This document shows, one piece after another, positions 1 to 9,537 of a stretch of 64,000 bases of DNA. The position numbers and the translations under genes are program-made. The stretch covers positions 288,001 to 352,000 of the forward strand of contig CBDCWG010000012.1 in NCBI GenBank assembly GCA_965223345.1, written 5' to 3'. Position 1 is the stretch's first letter. The number at the start of each line of letters is the position of its first letter. Origin of the DNA: Nitrospinales bacterium (lineage in GTDB: Bacteria > Nitrospinota > Nitrospinia > Nitrospinales > VA-1). Below the pieces are notes generated by a model. The model searched no databases, had not been told where the DNA came from, and was given only the letters and a program-made list of their open reading frames with translations.

Positions 1-320
1 TGGAAAAAGACAGCTACGCCCCGGTGATGATTCTGACGGCGCAGACCGACAACAAAATCCGCATCGAGGCTCTGGAGGCGGGCGCGCGGGATTTTCTTAG
101 CAAACCGTTCGACCTGGTGGAAGTGTCGCTGCGCATCCGCAACATGATCGAAGTGCGCCTGCTCAACAATCAGGTGAAAATGTACAACGAGATTCTGGAA
201 GGAAAGGTTCAGGAACGCAGTGTGGATCTGGCGGCCACGCAATTGCGGCTGGAGCACGAAATCGCGCAACGGCAAAAAATGGTGGAGGAGATCAAGCGGG
301 CGCCCACCGTCTCCGGTTGA
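1..320 (+). CDS. Response regulator (receiver domain C-half plus coiled coil), 5' truncated by window edge
   Basis: APVMILTAQ...EALEAGARDFLSKPFD receiver motif; frame open from window start. Confidence 0.85.
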   Translation, partial: EKDSYAPVMILTAQTDNKIRIEALEAGARDFLSKPFDLVEVSLRIRNMIEVRLLNNQVKMYNEILEGKVQERSVDLAATQLRLEHEIAQRQKMVEEIKRAPTVSG

Positions 321-441
321 GCGTGCGAAGCATCGTCTGCAGGTAGCGGCGCTCCCGCCCTGGAACGCTCAGTGATCTTGATGGCGAGAGAGGGCATTTA
401 CATCGCTGACGCCTCGCTGCCGTCCGTGCGACGCGCAAGGG

Positions 442-642
442 TCAATCCCTGAGATCGAGGTATTTCGCTCCCTGGTATTTGAGGCCCTCGAATTCGCGCT
501 CGTTGACGAGCTTGTTGGGCAGCCCCTGCTCGTCAAGATCCTTTTTGAACTCCAGGTATTCCTCGTTGGAGCTGAATTCCGCCACGGCCTTCGCCCCTTC
601 GGCGTCCTCGAACTGCAGCAGGAATCGAAATCTTCTTTTCAT
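442..642 (-). CDS. Small hypothetical protein (66 aa)
   Basis: MKRRFRFLLQFED...; ATG at 642; typical codon usage. Confidence 0.6.
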   Translation of the reverse strand: MKRRFRFLLQFEDAEGAKAVAEFSSNEEYLEFKKDLDEQGLPNKLVNEREFEGLKYQGAKYLDLRD

Positions 643-688
643 CGCGTCACACGCTCCCGTCTGTTGAAACTCATTTCCAGCCTCTCCA

Positions 689-1165
689 TCAAGGTCGGTT
701 TTCGCCTTTGGAATCCACATCGTATTTTTCGAACAACAGCCGCAAACGCCGCTGGGCGGTGCGGGTCTGCCGGTGATTGCGTTTCAGCCGATACAACTGC
801 CGCGCCTTCAACATATGCCGGATCGCCCCGGTCCCGTCTTCCAGCAGATCGTAGGTGATTGCCAGATTGAAATGGGCCTGCGCGAAATCCGGTTGCAAGC
901 GAATCGCTTCCTGATAGGCGGCGATCTCCTCCGCATGCAACCCCAGAGCCTGATAGGACAAACCCAGCTTAAAATGCCCTTCGGCGTTTTCCGGATCCTG
1001 CCGCAACGCCTCTTTCTGTTTTTCGATGTTCTGCCGGACGCTTTGCCGGTAGACTTCGAATCCGGAATCGGCGGCGAAGGCGACCGGCTGCAAAGACCCT
1101 AAAAAAAACCACAGGCAGACCGCAAACCTCGGGACTGCCGGCATCGCTTCGATTCGTCCGGGCAT
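689..1165 (-). CDS. Secreted TPR protein
   Basis: Signal-peptide-like N-terminus; TPR motifs (AEGHFKLGLSY, AQAHFNLAITY). Confidence 0.8.
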   Translation of the reverse strand: MPGRIEAMPAVPRFAVCLWFFLGSLQPVAFAADSGFEVYRQSVRQNIEKQKEALRQDPENAEGHFKLGLSYQALGLHAEEIAAYQEAIRLQPDFAQAHFNLAITYDLLEDGTGAIRHMLKARQLYRLKRNHRQTRTAQRRLRLLFEKYDVDSKGENRP

Positions 1166-1318
1166 GGTTTCGTTTTGGCAATTGGGAGCCGCGCATGCGG
1201 CTTGCGTCTATAATAGATAAATTGTACGTGCCGCAGGATTCATAAAGAAACAAATTTTGATCGCCAACCCCGGGCCGGGAAGCGCACGCCTCGCGGTCCG
1301 AATCTCAAGGAGTGAAAC

Positions 1319-2302
1319 GTGCGCGAACGAACCTTTGACAGCTCCGGACTCTCGGTTTCGGAAATCGGATTGGGCACCTGGCAGCTGGGAGCGGACTGGG
1401 GACGGGTGGACGACGCCACCACCGAGGCCATCCTTCAAGAAGCTGTGCAATGCGGCGTGAATTTTTTCGACACAGCCGATGTGTACGGGCTGGGCCTTTC
1501 TGAAACCCGCATCGCGAATTTTCTGCAGCGTCATAAAAACAAGGTGACGGTGGCGACGAAGCTCGGCCGCTTCCCGGAGATGGACGGCAGCGACCCCGTT
1601 TCGCTGCAAGGGTTCCGCAAACACACCGAGCGCTCGCTCAAGCGGCTGAACGTCGATTCGCTGGATCTCACCCAGGTCCACTGCCTGCCCACCGGGGTGT
1701 TGCGGCAGGGTGAGGTGTTCGAATGGCTGCGCACGCTCAAACGGGAAGGCAAAATCCAGCGGTTCGGCCTGAGCGTGGAATCGATGGAGGAAGCGCATCT
1801 GTGCCTGGAGCAGGAAGGCGTGGCCTCGCTGCAGATCATCTTCAACGTGCTCCGGCAAAAACCCGCTGCCGAGCTGTTCGACCGCGCGCGCGAAAAACAG
1901 GTGGCGCTGATCGTGCGGCTGCCACTCGCGTCCGGCCTGCTTTCGGGCCGCTTCGACGCCGACACGCAATTCCCGCAGATCGATCACCGCAACTACAACC
2001 GCGACGGAGAGCACTTCAACGTCGGAGAAACCTTCAGCGGCCTTCCGTTCGCAAAGGGAGTGGAGCTGGTCGAGGAACTCAAAGCGCTCGTGCCCGAGGG
2101 GATGAGCCTGGAGCAGATGGCGCTGCGCTGGATTCTGGATTTCGAGGCGGTGACGGTGGTGATTCCGGGAGCGACGCGGCCCGAACAGGTGCGGAGCAAC
2201 TGTTCGGCAAGCCATCTCGCACCGCTCAGTGAGGCGCAGCACGCGGCGCTGCGCTCGTTTTATTCGGAAAAGGTAGCGCCGCACATCCGCGGTAAATATT
2301 GA
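1319..2302 (+). CDS. Aldo/keto reductase
   Basis: VSEIGLGTWQLG, FFDTADVYG, SLKRLNVDSLDL, VIPGATRPEQV; AGGAG RBS before GTG. Confidence 0.93.
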   Translation: MRERTFDSSGLSVSEIGLGTWQLGADWGRVDDATTEAILQEAVQCGVNFFDTADVYGLGLSETRIANFLQRHKNKVTVATKLGRFPEMDGSDPVSLQGFRKHTERSLKRLNVDSLDLTQVHCLPTGVLRQGEVFEWLRTLKREGKIQRFGLSVESMEEAHLCLEQEGVASLQIIFNVLRQKPAAELFDRAREKQVALIVRLPLASGLLSGRFDADTQFPQIDHRNYNRDGEHFNVGETFSGLPFAKGVELVEELKALVPEGMSLEQMALRWILDFEAVTVVIPGATRPEQVRSNCSASHLAPLSEAQHAALRSFYSEKVAPHIRGKY

Positions 2303-2315
2303 GAGAAAAAACGGG

Positions 2316-2480
2316 CTATTTTTTGCCTTCGCGCCTGGCCTGGAAATGGTCCGCCACGGTCAGCAGGACTTTGACGATGCCGATGGTGATGAAAACGCCG
2401 AGCAGAAATTGCAGCAGAGGCGGCAGGCCTTCCACAAAGTCGATGAGGGTCTGAACGAATCCGTAGCGTATGGGGTCCAT
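2316..2480 (-). CDS. Small single-TM membrane protein (54 aa; below ORF-track cutoff)
   Basis: Hand translation MDPIRYGFVQTLIDFVEGLPPLLQFLLGVFITIGIVKVLLTVADHFQARREGKK*; fills the gap between genes. Confidence 0.6.
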   Translation of the reverse strand: MDPIRYGFVQTLIDFVEGLPPLLQFLLGVFITIGIVKVLLTVADHFQARREGKK

Positions 2481-2545
2481 GGGTGCTTTCTAAGGGTTGA
2501 AGTGGGTGCGTTCCCGTCCACTTTGAGCGAACGCGGCGATCGAGC

Positions 2546-4006
2546 TCATTGCAAAAAGATTTCGGTTTTGCGGCTGTCGAGACCGATTTTCAGAATGCGG
2601 TGGTTGTTGGTGTCCGAAACAAACAGGTGCCCCGCCACTTCGATCACCCCGGCGGGTTCCCACAGCCGGGTGCAGCTCGTGTCCTCGCAGACGAGATCGG
2701 TCGAGGCCTCGACGGTGACGACGTCGCGGGTGTTCACATCGAGCGTCTTGATCTTGTGGTTGTAGGAATCGGCGATGTGCACGCGGCCGGCGGAGTAATG
2801 CACGCCCAGCGGATGCTGCAAGAGCGCCTCGGTGCCTTTGCCGTCGCGGTCGCCGAAATCGAACAGGCCGGTTCCCACGTAGGTGGCGATGTGGCCTTTG
2901 CCCTGCAACTCGACGCTGCGCACGGCGCTGGTCTCGCTGTCCGCCAGGAACAGCTTGCCCTCGCCGATGCTGAGTCCGCTCGGTTGCGCGAACGCTCCCT
3001 GAATACGGTCGCCGTCCACCAGCGCTTCCGCGCCGGTCCCGGCAAAGGGTCCCGCCATGGCCGAATCGGTCTCGAACACGCCGATCTGATGCGTGCCCGC
3101 ATTGGCGAAGTACAGCGCCCCGTTGTCGAAGGAAACGTCCCAGGGGGAACTGAGCGCCACCTGCTTTCCCGGCCCCCGGTCCTTGAGCACCGGCCCCTGG
3201 CTGCCGGTGCCCGCGACGGTGGAAACGCTGCGCTTGGCCAGATCCACTTTGCGGATGCAGTGGTTTTCGGTGTCCGCCACCCACAGGATGCCATCGTGCA
3301 GGCAGAGCCCCTGCGGGCGAAAAAACGCCGCCTCTTCGAACGCGCCGTCGGTGCGTCCGATGGCGCCGCAGCCGATGGTGCGCGTGACGTTGCCTTGCGC
3401 GTCGAGCGTGAGGACGCGGTTGTGGTTCGAATCGGCGACCGCAAACTCCCCGGTACCGGGATCGTGGGCGATCTTGCCGGGAAAGCGCAGCGTCGTCTTT
3501 TCGGCGGCGGCAGCGGGTTTCAACAGCGCCGCCGCTTCGCCCTGCAACACGCCCTTTTCCCGCATCTCCCTGATGACTTCACCGATGGAGGCCATCAGCA
3601 TCTCCGGGTCCGGTTCCCCCGGCAGCTGGCCGAGCACGTAGCCGTCGGGGCCGATGAAAACCAGGGTGGGCCAGGCGCGGACGGCGTATTTTTTCCAGAT
3701 GCGGAACGCCTCGTCGTGCACCACCGGATGTTCGATTTCATAGCGCTCGATGGCGTGGACCAGGTTGTCGGTCACTTTCTCACCCGCAAATTTCGGGCTG
3801 TGCACGCCGATCACCACCACCTCGTCGGGATAGGCGGCCTCGATGCGCTTCAGGGTGGGAATGATGTGGATGCAGTTGATGCAGCAGTAGGTCCAGAAAT
3901 CCAGAATGACGAGTTTTCCCGCAAGCTCCGGCAGGTCCAGAGGGGCGTGAACGTTGAACCAGGGCAGGGTTGCGGCCTCGAGTCTGGGGGCGTGGATGAG
4001 TTGCAT
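2546..4006 (-). CDS. Thioredoxin-like (CCINC) + NHL-repeat beta-propeller protein, NHLRC2/SOQ1-like
   Basis: LDFWTYCCINCIH, GVHSPKF, AWPT, repeated ADSxNHR/PxG NHL motifs. Confidence 0.9.
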   Translation of the reverse strand: MQLIHAPRLEAATLPWFNVHAPLDLPELAGKLVILDFWTYCCINCIHIIPTLKRIEAAYPDEVVVIGVHSPKFAGEKVTDNLVHAIERYEIEHPVVHDEAFRIWKKYAVRAWPTLVFIGPDGYVLGQLPGEPDPEMLMASIGEVIREMREKGVLQGEAAALLKPAAAAEKTTLRFPGKIAHDPGTGEFAVADSNHNRVLTLDAQGNVTRTIGCGAIGRTDGAFEEAAFFRPQGLCLHDGILWVADTENHCIRKVDLAKRSVSTVAGTGSQGPVLKDRGPGKQVALSSPWDVSFDNGALYFANAGTHQIGVFETDSAMAGPFAGTGAEALVDGDRIQGAFAQPSGLSIGEGKLFLADSETSAVRSVELQGKGHIATYVGTGLFDFGDRDGKGTEALLQHPLGVHYSAGRVHIADSYNHKIKTLDVNTRDVVTVEASTDLVCEDTSCTRLWEPAGVIEVAGHLFVSDTNNHRILKIGLDSRKTEIFLQ

Positions 4007-4255
4007 GGGGCGGCGTTTTTCCAATCTTTTTTTCAGAATTGGAACACGATCGGCCTTCCAAATCAACCCCCCGCTGCGCAGGGCAGCGCGCATTCTCGAA
4101 CCGGCGGCTCGCGCCGGGAACGCCTCGATTCGCCGCTCCGAATCGGTTTTTTTGCGGGCCGCCGCAAGGGGTTTGCTTCCCCATTGGCATCCGGTATAAT
4201 CGAATTCGATCCTCCGGAAAACCATTTGCGACTTATGCTGAAATTCACCGCACCC

Positions 4256-4777
4256 ATGAAAAAATCGAATCCCGACGGAAACGCCCGAGGACTCCGGTGC
4301 TGTTTTGCGTTTCTTCTCTTCTTCACGATCGCAGGGGTCCTTGCCAGTGTCTCGTTCGCCAATCCTTCCAAGGAAGTTGTGATCGACTCGAAGACGGGTT
4401 TGATGTGGCAGAAAGGCGACTCCTACCACGAGCTGAAAAAAGGGCTCAACTGGTACGAAGCCCTGGAATACATCGACAAAAAAAATGCCGAAAAATTCGC
4501 CGGCTACAGCGACTGGCGGCTGCCGAGCATGAAGGAGCTGGCGGCGCTCTGGCGCGCGTCGGGCGCCGTCAAGTCCAAGGACGGAGAACCGGTGGGGCTG
4601 CCGGAGACGTTTGCAGACGGAGGCAGTTATTATCTTTGGAGCGGGGACGAGCGCGGGCTGGACAACGCCTGGTATTTCGGCCTCGGCCAGAAGGAAGAGT
4701 ATTTCAACCTGAAGGATCTGGGCGACCTGGATCAAGGCGTCAAGATGGTGCGGTCCCCGGACAAGGCGGGGGGATGA
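4256..4777 (+). CDS. Secreted DUF1566 (Lcl C-terminal-like) domain protein
   Basis: VIDSKTGLMWQ...GYSDWRLPSMKEL signature; hydrophobic N-terminus; start approximate. Confidence 0.85.
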   Translation: MKKSNPDGNARGLRCCFAFLLFFTIAGVLASVSFANPSKEVVIDSKTGLMWQKGDSYHELKKGLNWYEALEYIDKKNAEKFAGYSDWRLPSMKELAALWRASGAVKSKDGEPVGLPETFADGGSYYLWSGDERGLDNAWYFGLGQKEEYFNLKDLGDLDQGVKMVRSPDKAGG

Positions 4778-4849
4778 TTCCAGGCTGAACGGTGATGGAG
4801 CGCCCCCCATTGACGATTCTGTTTTCTTTTTCCTGATGAGGGAAAACTT

Positions 4850-6595
4850 ATGAAGAGGCTATTCGATCGAAACGGCAGATTTCACGGCACACTCCTCATG
4901 GCGGCGGTTGCATTGCTGACCGGCCTGCTTTTTTTCCTTCCTTCACAGACGGTGTTCTCCAGCGATGAGCACAAAGGCCACGACATGGGCGCGATGGATC
5001 ATGGCGGCATGTCGCACGGAGGCCAGGCGGCGCAGCCGGGCGAAGAATATCGCATCGAGGAGGAGCACGGGGACCACGGCCACATGGACCACGGGGAAGA
5101 GCCGGGCAACCCGTTCCGCACCCGCGGCGCGCACGATGCTCTGGGGAGCTTCAAACCGAAGATCGAACCCGGCGCGCTTCTGGCGCGGGGACGCAACATC
5201 TACCTGCACATGTGTGTGTTCTGCCACGGCAAGGACGGCAACGGCGGCGGCGCGGCGGTCGAATTTCTATATCCCTGGCCGCGCGATTTCCGCAAGGGCA
5301 TCTTCAAGTTCCGGTCCACACCGACCGGCAGCCTGCCCCGCGATGAAGACCTGTACCGCACCATCATCGAGGGCGTTCCCGGAACCTCGATGCCCGCATG
5401 GGCGGATGCGGTTTCTCCGGAAGACACCTGGGCCCTCATCAACCTGATCAAAAGTTTCTCGCCGCGCTTTCAAAACGAGCCGCCCGGGGAACCGATCAAG
5501 GTCAGCGAGCCGCCGGAAGCGACGCCCGAGCTGCTGGCGAAAGGCAAGGACCTGTTCACCCGGCAAAAATGCGTGGACTGTCACGGCGATTCTTTGAAGG
5601 GCGACGGCAAGTTCGCCGATTCCCTGATGGATGCCTGGAAACATGCGGTGTTTGTGCACGACATCACCAACCCTAATTTCTTCAAGGGCGGCCACACGCC
5701 CAAGGAAATCTTCCGCACGATCAGCACGGGTCTCGACGGCACGCCGATGCGCTCCTACGCGGACCTTTCGGAAGAAGACCGCTGGGCGCTGGTGCTCTAC
5801 ATCCAGTCGCAGTTCAGCCGTGAATTCAAAAAAGCGGCGTTCGAAACGGACATCTACTCCTACAAGGTCGGGGTCGAGCTGGACACCGATGTGAACAGCC
5901 CGGTCTGGGAGGGCGTGAAGTCCACCAACCTGGTGCTGCGCCCGCTTTCGGCGCGGCGCGGCGCGGTCGAAGTCATCAACGTGGCTTCGGTGCACAACGG
6001 CGAGCAGATGGCGGTGCGCCTGCGCTGGGAAGACCCGACGCACGATGCGTTTTCCGAGCTGAACTCGGACATCTTCCGCGACGGCGCGGCGGTGCAGTTC
6101 GCGCTCGGGTCGGTGACGCTGCACACGCACGGCCACAACGAACCGTTCTTTGGCATGGGCAACCGCAGCAAGCCGGTGAACATCTGGCACTGGAAAGCGG
6201 GGCTGGAAGAAACCCTCGCAGCCGAGGAAGAGCATGAGTACGCCGGCGGCGGCGTGGACATGGACGCGCTGATTTTCGGCGGCATCATGTCGAACCCGGT
6301 GTCCAGGCTCAACACGACGGCGGAAAACCCGGTGGAAGAACTCAACGCCGAAGGATTCGGCACCATCACCCCGCAGCCGCCGGAAAACCAGAACGTGGAA
6401 GGCAACGGCGAATGGAAGGACGGGGTCTGGACGGTGGTGTTCCTGCGCGACACGGTCAAGACGGGCAAGTGGGACATCGATCTCAATAAAAAAGATCCTG
6501 CTCTCGTCGCGTTCGCGGTCTGGGATGGTCTCAACGAAGACCGCAACGGGCGCAAGGTGGTCAGCGTGTGGCAAAGGTTGAACAAACTGGATTGA
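4850..6595 (+). CDS. Di-heme cytochrome c fused to ethylbenzene-dehydrogenase-gamma (EB_dh)-like heme b domain; candidate NxrC-like electron-transfer subunit
   Basis: CVFCH and CVDCH motifs, PRDF/GTSMPAW, DGAAVQF...GMG...VNIWHWKA, AFAVWDG...GRKVVS; N-terminal TM/signal and His/Met-rich stretch. Confidence 0.8.
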   Translation: MKRLFDRNGRFHGTLLMAAVALLTGLLFFLPSQTVFSSDEHKGHDMGAMDHGGMSHGGQAAQPGEEYRIEEEHGDHGHMDHGEEPGNPFRTRGAHDALGSFKPKIEPGALLARGRNIYLHMCVFCHGKDGNGGGAAVEFLYPWPRDFRKGIFKFRSTPTGSLPRDEDLYRTIIEGVPGTSMPAWADAVSPEDTWALINLIKSFSPRFQNEPPGEPIKVSEPPEATPELLAKGKDLFTRQKCVDCHGDSLKGDGKFADSLMDAWKHAVFVHDITNPNFFKGGHTPKEIFRTISTGLDGTPMRSYADLSEEDRWALVLYIQSQFSREFKKAAFETDIYSYKVGVELDTDVNSPVWEGVKSTNLVLRPLSARRGAVEVINVASVHNGEQMAVRLRWEDPTHDAFSELNSDIFRDGAAVQFALGSVTLHTHGHNEPFFGMGNRSKPVNIWHWKAGLEETLAAEEEHEYAGGGVDMDALIFGGIMSNPVSRLNTTAENPVEELNAEGFGTITPQPPENQNVEGNGEWKDGVWTVVFLRDTVKTGKWDIDLNKKDPALVAFAVWDGLNEDRNGRKVVSVWQRLNKLD

Positions 6596-6638
6596 CTGAG
6601 GTGACGGTATCTCCTGGCGCACGCAGGCACACACGGGT

Positions 6639-7910
6639 TTGCTCGCGGCCGGCTTTTTTTTCCTGACGGCGGCCGCCGCATCGCCGGTTTTCTCCGCTTC
6701 CAAAATGGGGGTCGAGGAACTGGACCGGCTGATCGCCCTGCACACCCCGCAACCGGCGCCGGAGGATTCCGCCTCGCTTGAGACAGTGGAGAAAACCCTC
6801 GACCTGGGGGATCTGGCACAGGACGTGCGGTTTGTGATTCCCGGTTTCGCTGAGTTCGGCTGCGGTGAATGCCATGAGGCCGAAGCGCTCCTCACCCGTT
6901 CCGCGGAACGCATGCACGGCGTGCTCGAGGACCTGCAATCCGCCTTTCCCGCAATCAAACCGGTTCCGCTGAAGCAATACCTCATCCAGCCCTGGGCGGA
7001 CGAGTTTTTGCACCCGCGCCAGTTCGCGCACACCACCTTCGACACGATCCGCATCTTTCCGCGCACAATCCTCATCGACGATGCGGTTTACGGCAACGCG
7101 ACGCAGCTGCACGAATCGCTTCACCTCACCCAGCCCTTCATCGGGCACGCCAACGAGCTGGAGGCGTACGGCCTCAACATCCGCTCGGACCCGAAATTCC
7201 TGCTGCTCAACTTTCCCTATTTCGCGGATGTGGTGACGGCTTTTTTCATCCCGGAGTTTCACGACATCCTGAAAGCGTTCTACGCGCAGCCGGTGCGGGA
7301 GCGGCTCAGGGTTTCGCGGGAAGTGCAGTGGTTTTTGCTGCCGTTCGAGGAAACGCACCTCGCGGCGCTGGCTCAGGCTGTGAAAGACATGCAGCCGGTG
7401 CTGGAGGAAATGAGCCGGCTGATGCGCGCGCATCCCGTGGCGGCGAGCTACCTGAGCGAGCAGACGGGCAACCCCGCGCTGCTGCTGGAAATCGCCGCCG
7501 CCAGGCTGCTGCCGCTGCCGCCTGCGGACATGAATGAATCGCTGCGCAAGAAAGCCTGGGCGTTGTTCGACACGCAGATCCGCAAAACCGACAACACGCG
7601 GCTCGGGTACAAAATCGACCGCAAAAAGGAAGCGCTATTGACGTTGAAATTCCAGCACGGAGTTGTCGGCCCGGAAGGGCTGCATCTGTACTTTCACTTT
7701 TTGCGGGACCGCTTCGTGAAACCGGACGGGGAAGTGGAACTGGTGGTGGAGGATGAGGAAGATTTTGCGGCGTTCACGCAGGCGCAGCTCAAAAAGATCC
7801 GCACGCTGGGCGCATCCAAACGGCTCACGCCTGTGGAACGCAAAGCCGCGGACGTTCTGATCGAAACCATCGAGAACGAACTCGCCGCCGCTCCCACGGG
7901 CGCGCCCTGA
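6639..7910 (+). CDS. Hypothetical secreted protein with one CxxCH and an HExxH...E motif
   Basis: Signal-like N-terminus; CGECH; QLHESLHL...NELEAY. Confidence 0.7.
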   Translation: MLAAGFFFLTAAAASPVFSASKMGVEELDRLIALHTPQPAPEDSASLETVEKTLDLGDLAQDVRFVIPGFAEFGCGECHEAEALLTRSAERMHGVLEDLQSAFPAIKPVPLKQYLIQPWADEFLHPRQFAHTTFDTIRIFPRTILIDDAVYGNATQLHESLHLTQPFIGHANELEAYGLNIRSDPKFLLLNFPYFADVVTAFFIPEFHDILKAFYAQPVRERLRVSREVQWFLLPFEETHLAALAQAVKDMQPVLEEMSRLMRAHPVAASYLSEQTGNPALLLEIAAARLLPLPPADMNESLRKKAWALFDTQIRKTDNTRLGYKIDRKKEALLTLKFQHGVVGPEGLHLYFHFLRDRFVKPDGEVELVVEDEEDFAAFTQAQLKKIRTLGASKRLTPVERKAADVLIETIENELAAAPTGAP

Positions 7911-7940
7911 AGCGCGCCGGTATCGGGGAAACGTTTATGC

Positions 7941-8474
7941 TTACAGCTTGCTCGCGGGGGTGACCATCGCGGGACCTTTGACGTGGTCCTCGAGGGTCTC
8001 GTTCTGCACCTTGTCCTGCAGCTTGATCAGCGCGTCGATCACCATTTCCGGGCGCGGCGGACAGCCCGGGATGTACACGTCCACCGGGATGATGGTGTCG
8101 ATGCCCATGACGGTGGCGTAGTTGTCGTAAAAGCCGCCGGAGACGGTGCACACGCCGTACGCGACCACCCATTTGGGCTCGGTCATCTGGTTGTAGACTT
8201 TGACCAGAATGGGCGCCTGTTTGTGGCTGATGGTTCCCACGACCATGAGCAGGTCGGCCTGCCGCGGTGAAAACCGGGGAAAGGCAGCGCCCAGCCGGTC
8301 GAGATCGTATCGGGGCCCGGCGACGGACATGAACTCCATTCCGCAGCAAGCGGTGATGAAGGGGTAAATGAAGAAGGAATATTTTCTCGCCCAGTTGATC
8401 GCCTGCGTCATCTGAGTGACGATCACGTTGTTGCCCAGACTCAACTCGGCTTCGGATTGGTACAGGTTGGCCAT
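7941..8474 (-). CDS. nuoB: NADH-quinone oxidoreductase subunit B (stand-alone copy)
   Basis: TACCGMEFM, RFSPRQADL, GVCTVSGG, YIPGCPPRPE. Confidence 0.93.
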   Translation of the reverse strand: MANLYQSEAELSLGNNVIVTQMTQAINWARKYSFFIYPFITACCGMEFMSVAGPRYDLDRLGAAFPRFSPRQADLLMVVGTISHKQAPILVKVYNQMTEPKWVVAYGVCTVSGGFYDNYATVMGIDTIIPVDVYIPGCPPRPEMVIDALIKLQDKVQNETLEDHVKGPAMVTPASKL

Positions 8475-8867
8475 TACTTGCACTCCTTTGTTTGCGTGAT
8501 TCACTTGCGGCCGTTTGACTTCTCATCATAAAAGATTTCACTCGAATTTCCAATCAATTCGAGGCCAGGAGCCGCATTTCACCCGGCCCGCTCCGGTGCG
8601 GTTTCCCGCGCTAAAGGCTGCGCGGACCGCCGCGCCCGGCACTCGGCCCTGTGCGGCGATGCAAGCGTTTAACCCGCAATTTCAACGGCTTCGGGCAGAG
8701 CCGGGCGGCTGCAAAATTTTGCCGGAACGGTGAGGGGAAATGCTATAATTGCCTCAAAATCGAACGTCGGGCTGCATCGGGTATTCCATCCGCTTGTCGA
8801 GGAATATCGGCCCCTTGAAACGCACCCGCCGCTTTGCGGAACCGGCGTGCCTCGGAGAAACGGATTT

Positions 8868-9416
8868 ATGGATTACACGAAGAACAAGGAAGCGAAGGGA
8901 CAGAACCGCGTCTCGGAAGAAACCGAGATGATCGTGCGTGACAATCTGAGCAAAGACGGCAAGACGCTGGATCTGACCGCGGCGTACCTCAAGGAATACG
9001 GCGCGAAGGACATCGCTTCTTTTGAATTTCTGCGGGATCTCAACACGCTGGAGATGGGCACCAATCTCATCGGTCCCAAAGGCGCGAAGCACCTGGCGAA
9101 AAGCACCGTCCTCACCAACCTCAAAACGCTCAACCTGTTCTACAACGAAATCGGCAACGAAGGCGTGAAGTTCATCGCGGTTTCGGACAACCTGCAAAGC
9201 CTGCAGAATCTGGTGCTCTCGGACAACAACATCACCGACGAGGGCGCGCTGATGCTGGCCAAATTCTTACCGCTGTTTCCCAATCTGCTGCGCCTCGACA
9301 TGCGGCTCAACAAACTGAAGGACGAAGGGAAACAGGCACTTGAGGATGCGAAAAAACTCTCCAAGGTCAAGCACCTGCTGCTCGACAAGGTCGAAGGCTT
9401 TCAGGTGAAGTCCTGA
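8868..9416 (+). CDS. Leucine-rich repeat protein (RNI/GALA-like)
   Basis: Repeated LxxLxLxxNxIGxxG units. Confidence 0.88.
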   Translation: MDYTKNKEAKGQNRVSEETEMIVRDNLSKDGKTLDLTAAYLKEYGAKDIASFEFLRDLNTLEMGTNLIGPKGAKHLAKSTVLTNLKTLNLFYNEIGNEGVKFIAVSDNLQSLQNLVLSDNNITDEGALMLAKFLPLFPNLLRLDMRLNKLKDEGKQALEDAKKLSKVKHLLLDKVEGFQVKS

Positions 9417-9530
9417 CTCCTGCGCGGAGGGCGTACTTACTCACGCCGCGCCGGACTTTCCGGTTCAACGCAACGTTTTCTAGAAAGCCGTTCTCCTCCA
9501 CGCAGCGCGTGTTGACGCACGCCGCGCCGC
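9417..9530 (+). repeat. Dispersed hairpin repeat, locus A (units at 9417 and 9493)
   Basis: CTCCTGCGCGGAGGGCGT...CTCACGCCGCGCCGGACTTTCCGG; aligns over ~80 bp with 16158-16239. Confidence 0.85.
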
Positions 9531-9537
9531 TCCCCCA

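Noticed and set aside
2549..4255. 742-aa plus-strand ORF, and 5' extension of the 754-aa minus-strand ORF
   Set aside because: Antisense shadows of the Trx-NHL and DUF1566 genes; only 4256-4777 (+) and 2546-4006 (-) look protein-like
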